Assembly (NCBI GenBank): GCA_002773095.1
Contig: PFCG01000022.1
Coordinates: 1-57,156 of the forward strand
Reading direction: 5' to 3'
Length of the DNA: 57,156 bases
From: Candidatus Moranbacteria bacterium CG10_big_fil_rev_8_21_14_0_10_35_21
GTDB taxonomy: Bacteria > Patescibacteriota > Minisyncoccia > Moranbacterales > UBA2206
Below, in pieces: positions 11,301 through 19,617 of this stretch. A model generated the notes under the pieces. That model was given only the letters and a program-made list of their open reading frames with translations. It was not told the DNA's origin and made no database searches. Within the stretch, counting starts at the first letter, position 1, and each line of letters opens with the position of its first letter. Made by a program: the position numbers and the translations under genes.

Positions 11301-14300
11301 TACACCGGATTAGCTGGCTTAGCTGGAGTAATAGTCGCTGAAGAATCAGCAGTGTTTCCATAAGCATCTTTAATTCGTAAATAAACTGTCGCCGGATCAG
11401 AAGTCATTGAACTATAAGTATATGGAGAACTAAAAGATACGAAAGTAGAAAAACTAAGAGTATTGGAAACCGACATGGTGTAACTAGAATCATCAGATGG
11501 AGTAGCTAAGGTTAATAAATTAGTTGTATGATCAATAGCTGTTATAGAAACTCCGGTTGGATTAGCTGTGTCTAAAGCAAAACTGGAAGAAGTTCCATAA
11601 CCCAAATTATTAGCTCCTTCAGCATCATTGGCTTTTATCCTCACTTTCAAAGCTCCGTTATGTTGTGCGTCATAATCAGTTTTAGGAGTCCAAGTTATAG
11701 ATCTCAAAGTTCCAGGAATATAGGCATTAGTAATCGCAATCCCCGCTCCGACATCCCCAGAAACTGTCACCGCGTCGGCCCAAGTGGGGCTACCTCCACA
11801 ATCAGCTGTACAATATTGCAAAGTAACCGCCGCCACATCTGAAGTCGTATCGGAATCTCGCATATCATAAGTGACAGTCACCAAACCATCCGATCCTTGA
11901 GAAGCGGAAACGGTCTGCACTTCCGGCGCAGCATTCACCACATAAATAGTTGTGACATCAGCAATCGTTGGGGCATTAGTTCCATTGGAAGTTAAAGTTA
12001 TTTTATATTGAAACCAATTATCTCCACTCTGATCTTTCATGCCAGCCGGCATAGCATCGCTAGTACAAGTAACTGTAGTTGAAACTTTAGAACAATTAGA
12101 AGTATCCTTAGTAAAATCACTCCAACCTCCCCAAGCAGCACCATCGGAACCAGTCCTTAAGGATATAGTGGCACTAGTTCCAGCTGGAAGAGTTGAGTCC
12201 TCATTCCAACTCAATCCTCCCATAATATTAGCAGCGTCTGTGGTGTTATAGGGAGATGAAGTTAAGACTTGTGTGGTCGGATAATAAGAAGAGTTAATTG
12301 TCACATCATCCAATGAAGGAGTGACACTAGTATCATCCGTTGAAAGCGTAGCCCTATATTGAGCATAGCGATCTCCATCGGTCGTACAACTTCCAGTAGA
12401 AAGGTCAGCTCCATTAGTAATATCTGAACAAACTGAATCCCATGCCTTGGAAACAGTTTCTCCAGAACAAGCCGCATCATCACAAGTTCGTGCTTGAATA
12501 GTAATTGTTTTTCCTAATGTATGTGTCCAAGAAATTAAATCCCAAGTATATGTATTTTTTCCGATATCCATAATATCAGAAGTATAAGTTCCGGGGGTAG
12601 AAAATACTGGGTTATAAAGATACACATCTTTATTGGTCTCGTCATATACATAGGCTATTCTGGGATAATTATCTTTTCCAACCCTTAATCGCATACCACT
12701 TCCAGTCCATGGGATATCCAGTTTAACTGTCGTCGGCCCTGAATAACTTGAACAAGTTGCATTATCGCAACTAACTATTTTCAAATCTGGAGCACCACTA
12801 ACATAATAGGAATACGCAATTACAGGAAATCCATTTGGTCCGATATCAATATCCACATCACCACGCCATTCTTGCGTTGTAAAAGCTACCGTAGAATTAC
12901 CACTAGAACAGGCTCCATTTCCGCACCTCAAAAAAGTAGCCTTGTCGTCTGTAGTATTTCTAAAAACAACATCCGCAATTCCGCCAGAATCAACTTGCAA
13001 AGCTATGGGTTGTTTTCCACCATTTGCAATATCATAGTCTGAATAACCAATAATATTTGAGCTGTTGCCCGCCGAACAAGCAGCGTCTCCACATTGGATA
13101 AAATTAGCAGTAAAATCTGTAGCAGCGCCCGACATATAAGCTATTCTAGGTACGTCGTCTGTTCCTAAATCTAAATCTGAATCAACTTTTCCATAACCAA
13201 CCCCATCACTAGCCACTGGATTTGTTACGAAGGAAGAACAATTAGTTGTCGTGCATTGAGCAAGACTTAATACTGCGCTAACTGAATAAATCATTACCGG
13301 ATTAGAACTAGAATCTACAGTCATATCTATAGCACTACCCCCACTATTCAAAATTGTTACGGGAGAGGAGGGATTAATAGAACTACAAGCGGCATTAGCA
13401 CACTGTGCAAATTTTAATTTGTTATCACTGCTATCTCTATAAAATATTTGCGCAAAATCGTTACTGTTAAGAACAAAAACGCCACTACCAAAGTTGAATC
13501 CAGAACTTGCCAAATTAGTAGTAACTTTTGAAGAACAAGATCCATTTAAACATTGCACAAAATATTTTACAGTGTTATCAGTATATAAAATGCGCGAATA
13601 ACCATCAGATCCAATTTGGGCATCATATACATCGGTACCGGTAGCATCCACTGCACTACTTACGGAACTAGAAGAACTTAATTGGATAGAAGCACTGTCT
13701 CCAGTGTTATCTACATGGGTAGAAGAATAACTAGCACTCGCTGAATTAAAACTAGTATTGTCATCCGTGCTACTGTCAGTTTGCACAATAGAACCAGTCG
13801 AAATTCCCAGTGTGACACTATTATATGGATCCGATCCTCCAGTTAGAGATACTCCGGAATCCTTGGACACATAATCAGTAAATCCAGTTTGATCGCTTCC
13901 ATGTGTCGCACCGGCTCCCGCTAGAGTTCCATCCCATTGGGTTTGCACAAAAGTAAATGTCGCTCCCGAAGAATATTGTGAATTTTGAATATAAGTAGAG
14001 GCCAGAGTAACCACAATGACTGTTAAATATACAAATCTTCTCGCCCAAGTGTTTCTAAATATTTTCCTAATTTTACCAAAAACATTTTGCCAATTAAATA
14101 TATTTTTAATTTGAAAGTTAGTTTTAGCTTCTCTTTTTCTGTGTCTTGATAAAAAGTTTATTTTGTCTATTCTTCTGTTAGGTAAAAACTGTAATTTATT
14201 TATTTTAGCTTTTTTATTTATTTTTACCTTTTGGATAAGATAAATAACCATACCCGATATTATTCGTAAAACTATTTTTATTATTCTCATTAATCCCACA

Positions 14301-14470
14301 AAAATAGTTTTAAACAAACCAACAATCTGCTTAACCGAAATATTCACTCCTCGTTTTTTTCTTCCAGAAGCAAAGGAAACTGTCCTCCGAGATATTCCAT
14401 CTAGGTTTCTATGAGTGACTATTAAGTTTTTCTTTTTTATTGAGAAAAACATATACTTTAATTTTTGCAC
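8324..14470 (-). CDS. Large membrane-anchored surface protein with Cys-rich repeats and multiple FN3-like repeats
   Basis: Basic N-terminus, TM segment RRFVYLTVIVVTLAS, repeated CxxxxCS units, and about 8 'A.I.WTTDE....V.YG' FN3-like repeats; Ser/Thr rich. Confidence 0.88.
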   Translation of the reverse strand: MQKLKYMFFSIKKKNLIVTHRNLDGISRRTVSFASGRKKRGVNISVKQIVGLFKTIFVGLMRIIKIVLRIISGMVIYLIQKVKINKKAKINKLQFLPNRRIDKINFLSRHRKREAKTNFQIKNIFNWQNVFGKIRKIFRNTWARRFVYLTVIVVTLASTYIQNSQYSSGATFTFVQTQWDGTLAGAGATHGSDQTGFTDYVSKDSGVSLTGGSDPYNSVTLGISTGSIVQTDSSTDDNTSFNSASASYSSTHVDNTGDSASIQLSSSSSVSSAVDATGTDVYDAQIGSDGYSRILYTDNTVKYFVQCLNGSCSSKVTTNLASSGFNFGSGVFVLNSNDFAQIFYRDSSDNKLKFAQCANAACSSINPSSPVTILNSGGSAIDMTVDSSSNPVMIYSVSAVLSLAQCTTTNCSSFVTNPVASDGVGYGKVDSDLDLGTDDVPRIAYMSGAATDFTANFIQCGDAACSAGNSSNIIGYSDYDIANGGKQPIALQVDSGGIADVVFRNTTDDKATFLRCGNGACSSGNSTVAFTTQEWRGDVDIDIGPNGFPVIAYSYYVSGAPDLKIVSCDNATCSSYSGPTTVKLDIPWTGSGMRLRVGKDNYPRIAYVYDETNKDVYLYNPVFSTPGTYTSDIMDIGKNTYTWDLISWTHTLGKTITIQARTCDDAACSGETVSKAWDSVCSDITNGADLSTGSCTTDGDRYAQYRATLSTDDTSVTPSLDDVTINSSYYPTTQVLTSSPYNTTDAANIMGGLSWNEDSTLPAGTSATISLRTGSDGAAWGGWSDFTKDTSNCSKVSTTVTCTSDAMPAGMKDQSGDNWFQYKITLTSNGTNAPTIADVTTIYVVNAAPEVQTVSASQGSDGLVTVTYDMRDSDTTSDVAAVTLQYCTADCGGSPTWADAVTVSGDVGAGIAITNAYIPGTLRSITWTPKTDYDAQHNGALKVRIKANDAEGANNLGYGTSSSFALDTANPTGVSITAIDHTTNLLTLATPSDDSSYTMSVSNTLSFSTFVSFSSPYTYSSMTSDPATVYLRIKDAYGNTADSSATITPAKPANPVYYDTSDSGNSIYREFIAWNTISGSEVGAGFTSYNLWRSAGSSLTLNEELTNSDTTAITVTNGSLLPTSGTIIIGDEQITYTSKSTNDLGGTITRGVNNTVAASHSTGDAIWLKAQTSTDRTVNYVIDSGLTAATHYYYKINVQDSAGNLSAYSDTVDDIPDGAGSSDSTAPTISSVAISGIGTTSATVTWTTNELSSSSVGYSTDATYLPTTGNASMVTSHSVIVTGILPNTIYNIQVKSQDASGNEATNDKDSPGSSPIANYTFTTLDGPAISNVTAPQVSNNQVTISWLTTVDSDTQVIYSDTLSSGALVGAETIPAVSGGLVGGSYPYVHTQIVNSFEGSPLVSGTTYYFYVQSTDASSNVATDNNAGNFYSFVTTSDVVAPVISNPNVAIINNTSAAINWTTDENANSKVSYGTVSGVLGSTGTVATYDKSHYVILTGLTANTKYYYTVTSVDINTNSTISVEYNFTTLRVPGEQHDALSAITNIADPPSVITDTKAVVTFNTDQNAKCTIEYGTASGSYTEVPIAETLYNSNHSIHVTGLIFSTTYYYRITCVDNLDNTVMSSEYSFITSAELLTSSGWGDTADATAPSISGINIGTITGESVTATWTTDEEANSLVAYGLVDGTYDNIAGNYEVNSDSANYVTDHSVIINGLIPASKYYYTIISTDAAGNIAESAQGNFTTSEPSTLSSIKVVSTSLNQAVITWSTSKDTTSTVEYGLTTSYGETKESTTLTKVHEVTLTSLISSQIYHFRVKGKDATNNLYSSGDYTFEPKSPPAISGTEITDVTENSVVVKFTTNVPTDALISYTDLSEGKGSGFQGVPTLTSTHEVELKNLIAGTTFSTKIKARDEEGNETEQDGPNFTTGKDENAPKIDQIRTDSALAQGDRVQTIISWTTDEPATTALIYKEGKSGQEKEVKISEDFAPSHIAVVTIFKPGTVYYFKAKSIDKSGNEGTSTEYALLTPRRKENVVQMIINNFQDIFGWVRR

Positions 14471-14667
14471 CGGAAAGCCGGCAGATTACTTCTCATCTCC
14501 TTCATAAATTTCTTGATTATTTCAATATCTTTTTCGTTATAAAAACGCCATCCTCTGGAGTCTTTTTGAGGATGTGGAATAAGCCCAGCGCGTTCCCAGC
14601 GTAGGATGGTATTTCTGTCACGGTCTATAAGCTTCTCTACATCTTTAACTCTTATGTATTCCATCAT
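14458..14667 (-). CDS. MerR-type HTH protein (copy 2)
   Basis: Near-identical in protein and DNA to 8061-8285. Confidence 0.82.
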   Translation of the reverse strand: MMEYIRVKDVEKLIDRDRNTILRWERAGLIPHPQKDSRGWRFYNEKDIEIIKKFMKEMRSNLPAFRCKN

Positions 14668-14995
14668 TTTTTTCCCCGTTAGAAATTCCAGGATTAATTA
14701 GATAATTTTTTAGCCTATTTTTTATGTAGCGCTTCCCCATTCCAGATTTAAGATACTTTTCTCTTGCTTTTGCGTCATCTATGTTTAAACCTGCTTCGCT
14801 ATAAATTATTTGAAATGGCCCTCTATTTTTGGTAGAAAGACTTTTTCCCTGATTATGTTGTGAAAGTCTTTTTTTTAAATTTTGCGTATAGCCCGTATAC
14901 CAACATTTATCCTTCTCACTTCTTAAAACATAAACATACCACCACTGGTGAATTTCTAACGGGGTTTCGACGTCTTTGATACGGATATATGTCAT
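14645..14995 (-). CDS. GIY-YIG nuclease with a MerR-derived N-terminal decapeptide
   Basis: WYVYVLRS..WYTGYTQNLKKRLSQHN..AKAREKYLKSG is a minimal GIY-YIG domain; the first 10 aa MTYIRIKDVE match the MerR gene start. Confidence 0.88.
   Translation of the reverse strand: MTYIRIKDVETPLEIHQWWYVYVLRSEKDKCWYTGYTQNLKKRLSQHNQGKSLSTKNRGPFQIIYSEAGLNIDDAKAREKYLKSGMGKRYIKNRLKNYLINPGISNGEKNDGIHKS
14674..14964. mobile_element. GIY-YIG cassette with 15-bp terminal inverted repeats (family B)
   Basis: CCCCGTTAGAAATTC at 14674-14688 and GAATTTCTAACGGGG at 14950-14964, a perfect IR. Confidence 0.75.
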
Positions 14996-15105
14996 CTACT
15001 TTTACTTTTTGTATTTATTTTATTTTCAATATTTTTTTCGTGTTATATGCTATATGTTTCATGTTTTATTAATAGCTTTATTATATCCTATTTTAAATAT
15101 ATTTG

Positions 15106-15129
15106 ATATAGTGAATATATTCACTATAT
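15106..15129. promoter_or_regulatory. 24-bp perfect palindrome, candidate operator
   Basis: ATATAGTGAATATATTCACTATAT, about 110 bp upstream of the MerR/GIY-YIG/surface-protein unit. Confidence 0.5.
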
Positions 15130-15261
15130 AACAAAAAATAAGCCATTAAGGCTTAAATAAGGCAAAATATGGACTATTTTAGATTTTCTTACAAAAGTTA
15201 TCCACACCCCTAAAATAACCTTTTTTACCAAAATTTATCACGGGGCGTAGTAGGTATAATC

Positions 15262-16218
15262 TTAACTATTTTTTCGTTTTTTCCCCAAGGCTAACTTTAC
15301 TTGTAATTCAATGAACTTCGAAAAACTAATTCCAGCTGCTCTCGCCTCTTTTGGACAAAGACTGGCCTCAGTTTGTCCAGGAATAGTATTTATTTCTAAA
15401 AAATGAAGTTTGCCTTTTTTGTCTAGAATAAAATCTGATCGAGTTAGGCCATCACATCCTAACGCTTGATGAATTTTGACGGATAACTCTCCAATTTCTT
15501 TTTCCGATTTTGACGAAATTTTAGCTGGAGAAATTTCTTGAGTATCTTGAGAAAAATATTTTTCTTCATACCCGAAAAATTTATTTTTACCTACAATAAT
15601 TTCTGCCGAAGGCAAGACTTTTATTTTTTTGTTTCCAGTATTTCCCAAAACTCCGCAAGTAAGTTCTCTTCCGGAAATATATTTTTGCACCATCACCCAC
15701 TCCCCTTCTCGAAAGGCCTCCTTTAATGCTTGCGAAAGTTCTCCTTGTTTTTTTGTAATAGACACTCCGATGCTCGATCCAGATTCGCTAGGCTTAACTA
15801 CACAAGGAAATCCAATTTCTTTTTTTATTTTTTCCGGAAGATTCTTTTCTCCTTTTTTAATCACTATAAAATCAGGAAAACTTATTCCGTAAGCTCTTAG
15901 AAAATCCAAACACTTTATTTTATCCATGCCTAAAGCACTAGCTAAAACCCCAGAACCAGTATAAGGAATTTTCAAAAAGTCCAAAATGGCTTGGATTTTT
16001 CCATCCTCTCCAAATTGTCCATGAAGCGCAATAAAAGCTACTTGAAACTTTCCTTTAGAAATTTGCCCAAACCATTTTCCATTTTTAGAAACATCTAAAA
16101 CATTAGCTTGATATTTTTCTTTTGGAAGTGCTTTGGCCACTTGCTGCGCTGTCTTAATTGACACTTCCCGTTCGCTGGAAAAACCACCACCTAAAACCGC
16201 TACTCTGATTTTTTTCAT
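15262..16218 (-). CDS. ddl: D-alanine--D-alanine ligase
   Basis: GGFSSEREVS, ALHGQFGEDG, GSSIGV, RSDF, EINTIPG. Confidence 0.96.
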   Translation of the reverse strand: MKKIRVAVLGGGFSSEREVSIKTAQQVAKALPKEKYQANVLDVSKNGKWFGQISKGKFQVAFIALHGQFGEDGKIQAILDFLKIPYTGSGVLASALGMDKIKCLDFLRAYGISFPDFIVIKKGEKNLPEKIKKEIGFPCVVKPSESGSSIGVSITKKQGELSQALKEAFREGEWVMVQKYISGRELTCGVLGNTGNKKIKVLPSAEIIVGKNKFFGYEEKYFSQDTQEISPAKISSKSEKEIGELSVKIHQALGCDGLTRSDFILDKKGKLHFLEINTIPGQTEASLCPKEARAAGISFSKFIELQVKLALGKKRKNS

Positions 16219-16227
16219 ATTATAAAA

Positions 16228-17436
16228 TTATTTATATCTTAACGCATCTAACGGATCAATTTTGCTGGCCCGTCTGGCTGGTATAAATCCAGTAATAAAT
16301 CCTACAAACCCAGCAAAAACAATAATGACCACCACAAACCATAGCGGGCTGTAAAATAAACTAACCGCTTCACCTCCAAAATGAGAAGCAATAAAATTAA
16401 TTGTTACATTGAATAACCTACCACCTAAAATTCCAATTCCTACTCCACCCAATCCTCCTAAAAATCCCATCACACTAGCTTCCATAACAAACATCATAGA
16501 AATAGCCCGATCTGATGCTCCAATAGATTTCATAATTCCAATTTCTTCGGTTCTTTCCAATAGAGCAATAGTCATAGTGTTAAACATACCAATAGCACTG
16601 ACTATGAGAGCAATAATACCAAAGAGCATTAAAATAAGCTGAATAATTTTGAAAATTTGATTGGCCTGATCCACTGTATCAGAAAGAGAAGCAACTAATA
16701 AACCTTTTTCTAATATGGTGTCTCGAATGGCTCCCATAGTATCGCTATCTTTGGCTTTAACTTTTAATTGAGTATATCTATTTATTTCAATATTTTCTAG
16801 TGAAGAAGAATTTAGATAAATAATGTTTTCTTCACTTTCCACGTTACCTACTATTTTATATTTTTTATCTGATTCAATTTTTTTAAAATTACTAGTCAGA
16901 GAATTTTCTGATAATTGATTATCTTCCGGAATAAAAAAAGTGAAGGAGACTTCCTTGCCTAACATATCCTCTAGGCTCATTCCAAAAACTTGAGCAATTG
17001 AATTGGCCACCACTACTCCCTCTGGTTCTGCATCTTTTAATTCTTCTCCCTGCTCAATTTTAATTCCGCCTAATCTTAAAAAAGATGGCTTAATTCCAAT
17101 AACCGAAATATCCGCTGAAAGGTTTTCTAAATGTCCTTGGGCGGTTAATTGAAAAGCCGGACTAACTTCAGCTACATTTTCCATTTCCTCAATATTTTTT
17201 ACGACATCTTTACTTAAAGAAACCAATCCTGATTTTGATTCGGCTACATCCAAAGTTAGTAAGGATTCAGAGGTAGTAATTCTTTCCAATAAAGTTTTTT
17301 GTAAACCATAGCCTAAAGAAACCAAAAATAAAATAGCTCCAATACCGATGCCCATTCCTAAAACAGTTAAAAGCGTTCGCGAGGTGCGCGCTTTAAACAT
17401 TCGAGTAGACAATCTGAATAAATCTATAAATTTCAT
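16228..17436 (-). CDS. MacB/FtsX-family ABC permease
   Basis: N-terminal TM, periplasmic domain, ERTEEIGIMKSIGA, PARRASKIDPLDALRYK. Confidence 0.93.
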   Translation of the reverse strand: MKFIDLFRLSTRMFKARTSRTLLTVLGMGIGIGAILFLVSLGYGLQKTLLERITTSESLLTLDVAESKSGLVSLSKDVVKNIEEMENVAEVSPAFQLTAQGHLENLSADISVIGIKPSFLRLGGIKIEQGEELKDAEPEGVVVANSIAQVFGMSLEDMLGKEVSFTFFIPEDNQLSENSLTSNFKKIESDKKYKIVGNVESEENIIYLNSSSLENIEINRYTQLKVKAKDSDTMGAIRDTILEKGLLVASLSDTVDQANQIFKIIQLILMLFGIIALIVSAIGMFNTMTIALLERTEEIGIMKSIGASDRAISMMFVMEASVMGFLGGLGGVGIGILGGRLFNVTINFIASHFGGEAVSLFYSPLWFVVVIIVFAGFVGFITGFIPARRASKIDPLDALRYK

Positions 17437-18746
17437 ACTTTCCCTGTAAATTTTAAAAGCATTAAAATCTCCACCTCTTTCACTACTTTTTTTGAGGTAT
17501 TTTTATACATTCCAATCCCTCCCAAAATACGAGAAGCATCTAACTTTTGATTCAAAGTGGAGGCATCAATTTTATTCTCCAGTCTAAGCTGGATAAATGA
17601 TTGAAATTTTTCTTTTATATCCGCATCCAAATGAGTTCCACAAACATTTAAAAGATAATCAGCAATCGCTTCTGAATTGGATCCATTGCTAATATTTTCT
17701 GCCTTTTCTAACATTGTTTTAACTCTTCGACTAAATGAGCGCGCTCGCTGTTTGTTCCATCCAGCTCCACCTTTTTCCAAATCATCATCTAATTTTTTTT
17801 CCAAACCAGCAAAATCAATATTTTTAAACATTAGCTCTTTCAAAAAATTTTCTGCTGCCGCTACCTGCTCTTCCATTAATTCTGAAAGAATATGACTAAG
17901 AATCTGTTTGGCTTTATAGGGAATAAGCAAACCTCCCATCTGTTGAGGAGAAAAATTTTTAAATGTCCTCATCAACAACTTGAGCTCATTGGAAATACTG
18001 TCTGGTTCAATCAACGCCTCCTCTTTCTCAAGCACTTCTTTCGGACGTTTTTCTTGATTAACTTCTTCACTTACAATTTTTCCGTCTTTCATATAAATAA
18101 CCCGATTGGCAAAATGCAGATGTTCCGCATTGTGAGTTACCATTACGACTGTTTTCTTATCGGTTTTATTCAAATCACTTAAAATCTGAAGCACATTTTC
18201 CGCCGATTCGCTATCCAAATTTCCCACCGGCTCATCAGCTAAAATAATACTAGGATTATTTATTAGCGACCGAGCAATTGCCGCTCGCTGTTTTTGACCA
18301 CCAGACAACTGATTAGGAAATTTATCTGCTTGTTCCGCAATACCAAAACGTTTCAAAAGACTCATACCTTCTTCTTTTCTTTTCTGCAAATCTTCTCCAC
18401 CAAAGACCATAGGCAAACAAACATTATCTAAAACGGTCAAAGAATCAATTAAATAAAAAGCCTGAAAAACCATTCCCACCGAAGATCGATGCAGAATCAC
18501 TTTCTCTTTTTTCGTCATTTCTGAAATATTTTTTCCATCTACTATGGCGTCACCGCTAGTAGCTGATTGCAATCCGGAAATGGTATAAAGCAAGGTTGAT
18601 TTTCCACAACCTGAAGGACCATAAATAATAATATATTCCTCCGGAAATATATTTAAACTAGCGTCTTCCAATGATCTAACCTCATTATCCTTACCTTGAT
18701 TATAGATAACACTAGCTTTATTAATTTGTATAATTGGATCAGGCAT
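17433..18746 (-). CDS. LolD/MacB-type ABC ATPase with a ~200-aa C-terminal extension
   Basis: GPSGCGKST, LSGGQKQR, ILADEP, VTH. Confidence 0.92.
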   Translation of the reverse strand: MPDPIIQINKASVIYNQGKDNEVRSLEDASLNIFPEEYIIIYGPSGCGKSTLLYTISGLQSATSGDAIVDGKNISEMTKKEKVILHRSSVGMVFQAFYLIDSLTVLDNVCLPMVFGGEDLQKRKEEGMSLLKRFGIAEQADKFPNQLSGGQKQRAAIARSLINNPSIILADEPVGNLDSESAENVLQILSDLNKTDKKTVVMVTHNAEHLHFANRVIYMKDGKIVSEEVNQEKRPKEVLEKEEALIEPDSISNELKLLMRTFKNFSPQQMGGLLIPYKAKQILSHILSELMEEQVAAAENFLKELMFKNIDFAGLEKKLDDDLEKGGAGWNKQRARSFSRRVKTMLEKAENISNGSNSEAIADYLLNVCGTHLDADIKEKFQSFIQLRLENKIDASTLNQKLDASRILGGIGMYKNTSKKVVKEVEILMLLKFTGKV

Positions 18747-18789
18747 TTACTTCATTTTACCATATTTTTGGGCTTTTTAACATATGGCT

Positions 18790-19617
18790 TTAATCGAAAT
18801 AAACATCCTCCTTTTTAGTTTTTTTGCCTACAAAAACTATGTTTTTTCCGGTTATCCAACACTTCTCCATTTGAAACCCCGCTTCTACAAACGTTTTCTC
18901 CAGCTCTTTTTTGGTAAAAGCGTGATGATACCTCATAAATAATTGCCCTTTATTATTTTTGAAGCTAACATAACAATCATTCCAATCTAAATCAGATTTT
19001 CCTCTAACTTTACTCAACCAATTTTTCAGAATATATTTGCAATATTTTCTTTTCCACAAATTCCAAACCGTAATAACGATTTTACCGTCCGGCTGCAAAA
19101 CTCGAAACAATTCTTTGACAGTGTTTTCTCTAATATCTTCACTAGGCAAATGATGAAAAACTGCGATAGAATAAATAGTATTGAAAAATCCTTCAGAAAG
19201 TGGCTCGCCCCGCACTAAACGTTGACTAATTTTCTCACTGGAGTATTCTTTTTCTATAGCTTCTACCTTACTATTTATATTTTTCTTTCTATTTGTAGCT
19301 TTAGTGCGGGGTAGAGTACTTGAACTGGATAGTTTTTGAAAGGCAATATCTTTTCCAAGATATTTCCCTTTGGCGATTTCAATCAATTTTCCAGAAATAT
19401 CCACCCCAAAATATTTTATAGTTTTGTTCGAAAATATTTCCAAAAGCCGTCCATTGCCACAACCAAAATCCAAAACTTTGTCTTCATTTTTGGCATAGTC
19501 CTGAATAAATTCCAACTCTGACCAGAAATTTTTTCGAGTTTCAGAAAACTTATCCGCGATCAAATCATATCCCGTTTCCGTTTCTAATAATATTTTCTCC
19601 GCTAATTCTTTTTTCAT
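18790..19617 (-). CDS. SAM-dependent methyltransferase, Trm9/ALKBH8-like
   Basis: YDLIADKFSETR..W, VLDFGCGNGR, SIAVFHHL, ITVW, RYHHAF. Confidence 0.8.
   Translation of the reverse strand: MKKELAEKILLETETGYDLIADKFSETRKNFWSELEFIQDYAKNEDKVLDFGCGNGRLLEIFSNKTIKYFGVDISGKLIEIAKGKYLGKDIAFQKLSSSSTLPRTKATNRKKNINSKVEAIEKEYSSEKISQRLVRGEPLSEGFFNTIYSIAVFHHLPSEDIRENTVKELFRVLQPDGKIVITVWNLWKRKYCKYILKNWLSKVRGKSDLDWNDCYVSFKNNKGQLFMRYHHAFTKKELEKTFVEAGFQMEKCWITGKNIVFVGKKTKKEDVYFD
19208..19311. repeat. 104-bp MITE-like element in frame in the methyltransferase (family G)
   Basis: 12-bp perfect IR CCCCGCACTAAA / TTTAGTGCGGGG; encodes the extra LPRTK...LVRG segment. Confidence 0.75.

Noticed and set aside
15141..15150. 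AGCCATTAAG shared with the pilin upstream region at 46565
   Set aside because: A 10-bp match in AT-rich DNA is too weak to call a shared regulatory site.
15198..15206. TTATCCACA DnaA box, suggesting oriC
   Set aside because: Only a single perfect box was seen, with no cluster and no dnaA/dnaN nearby.
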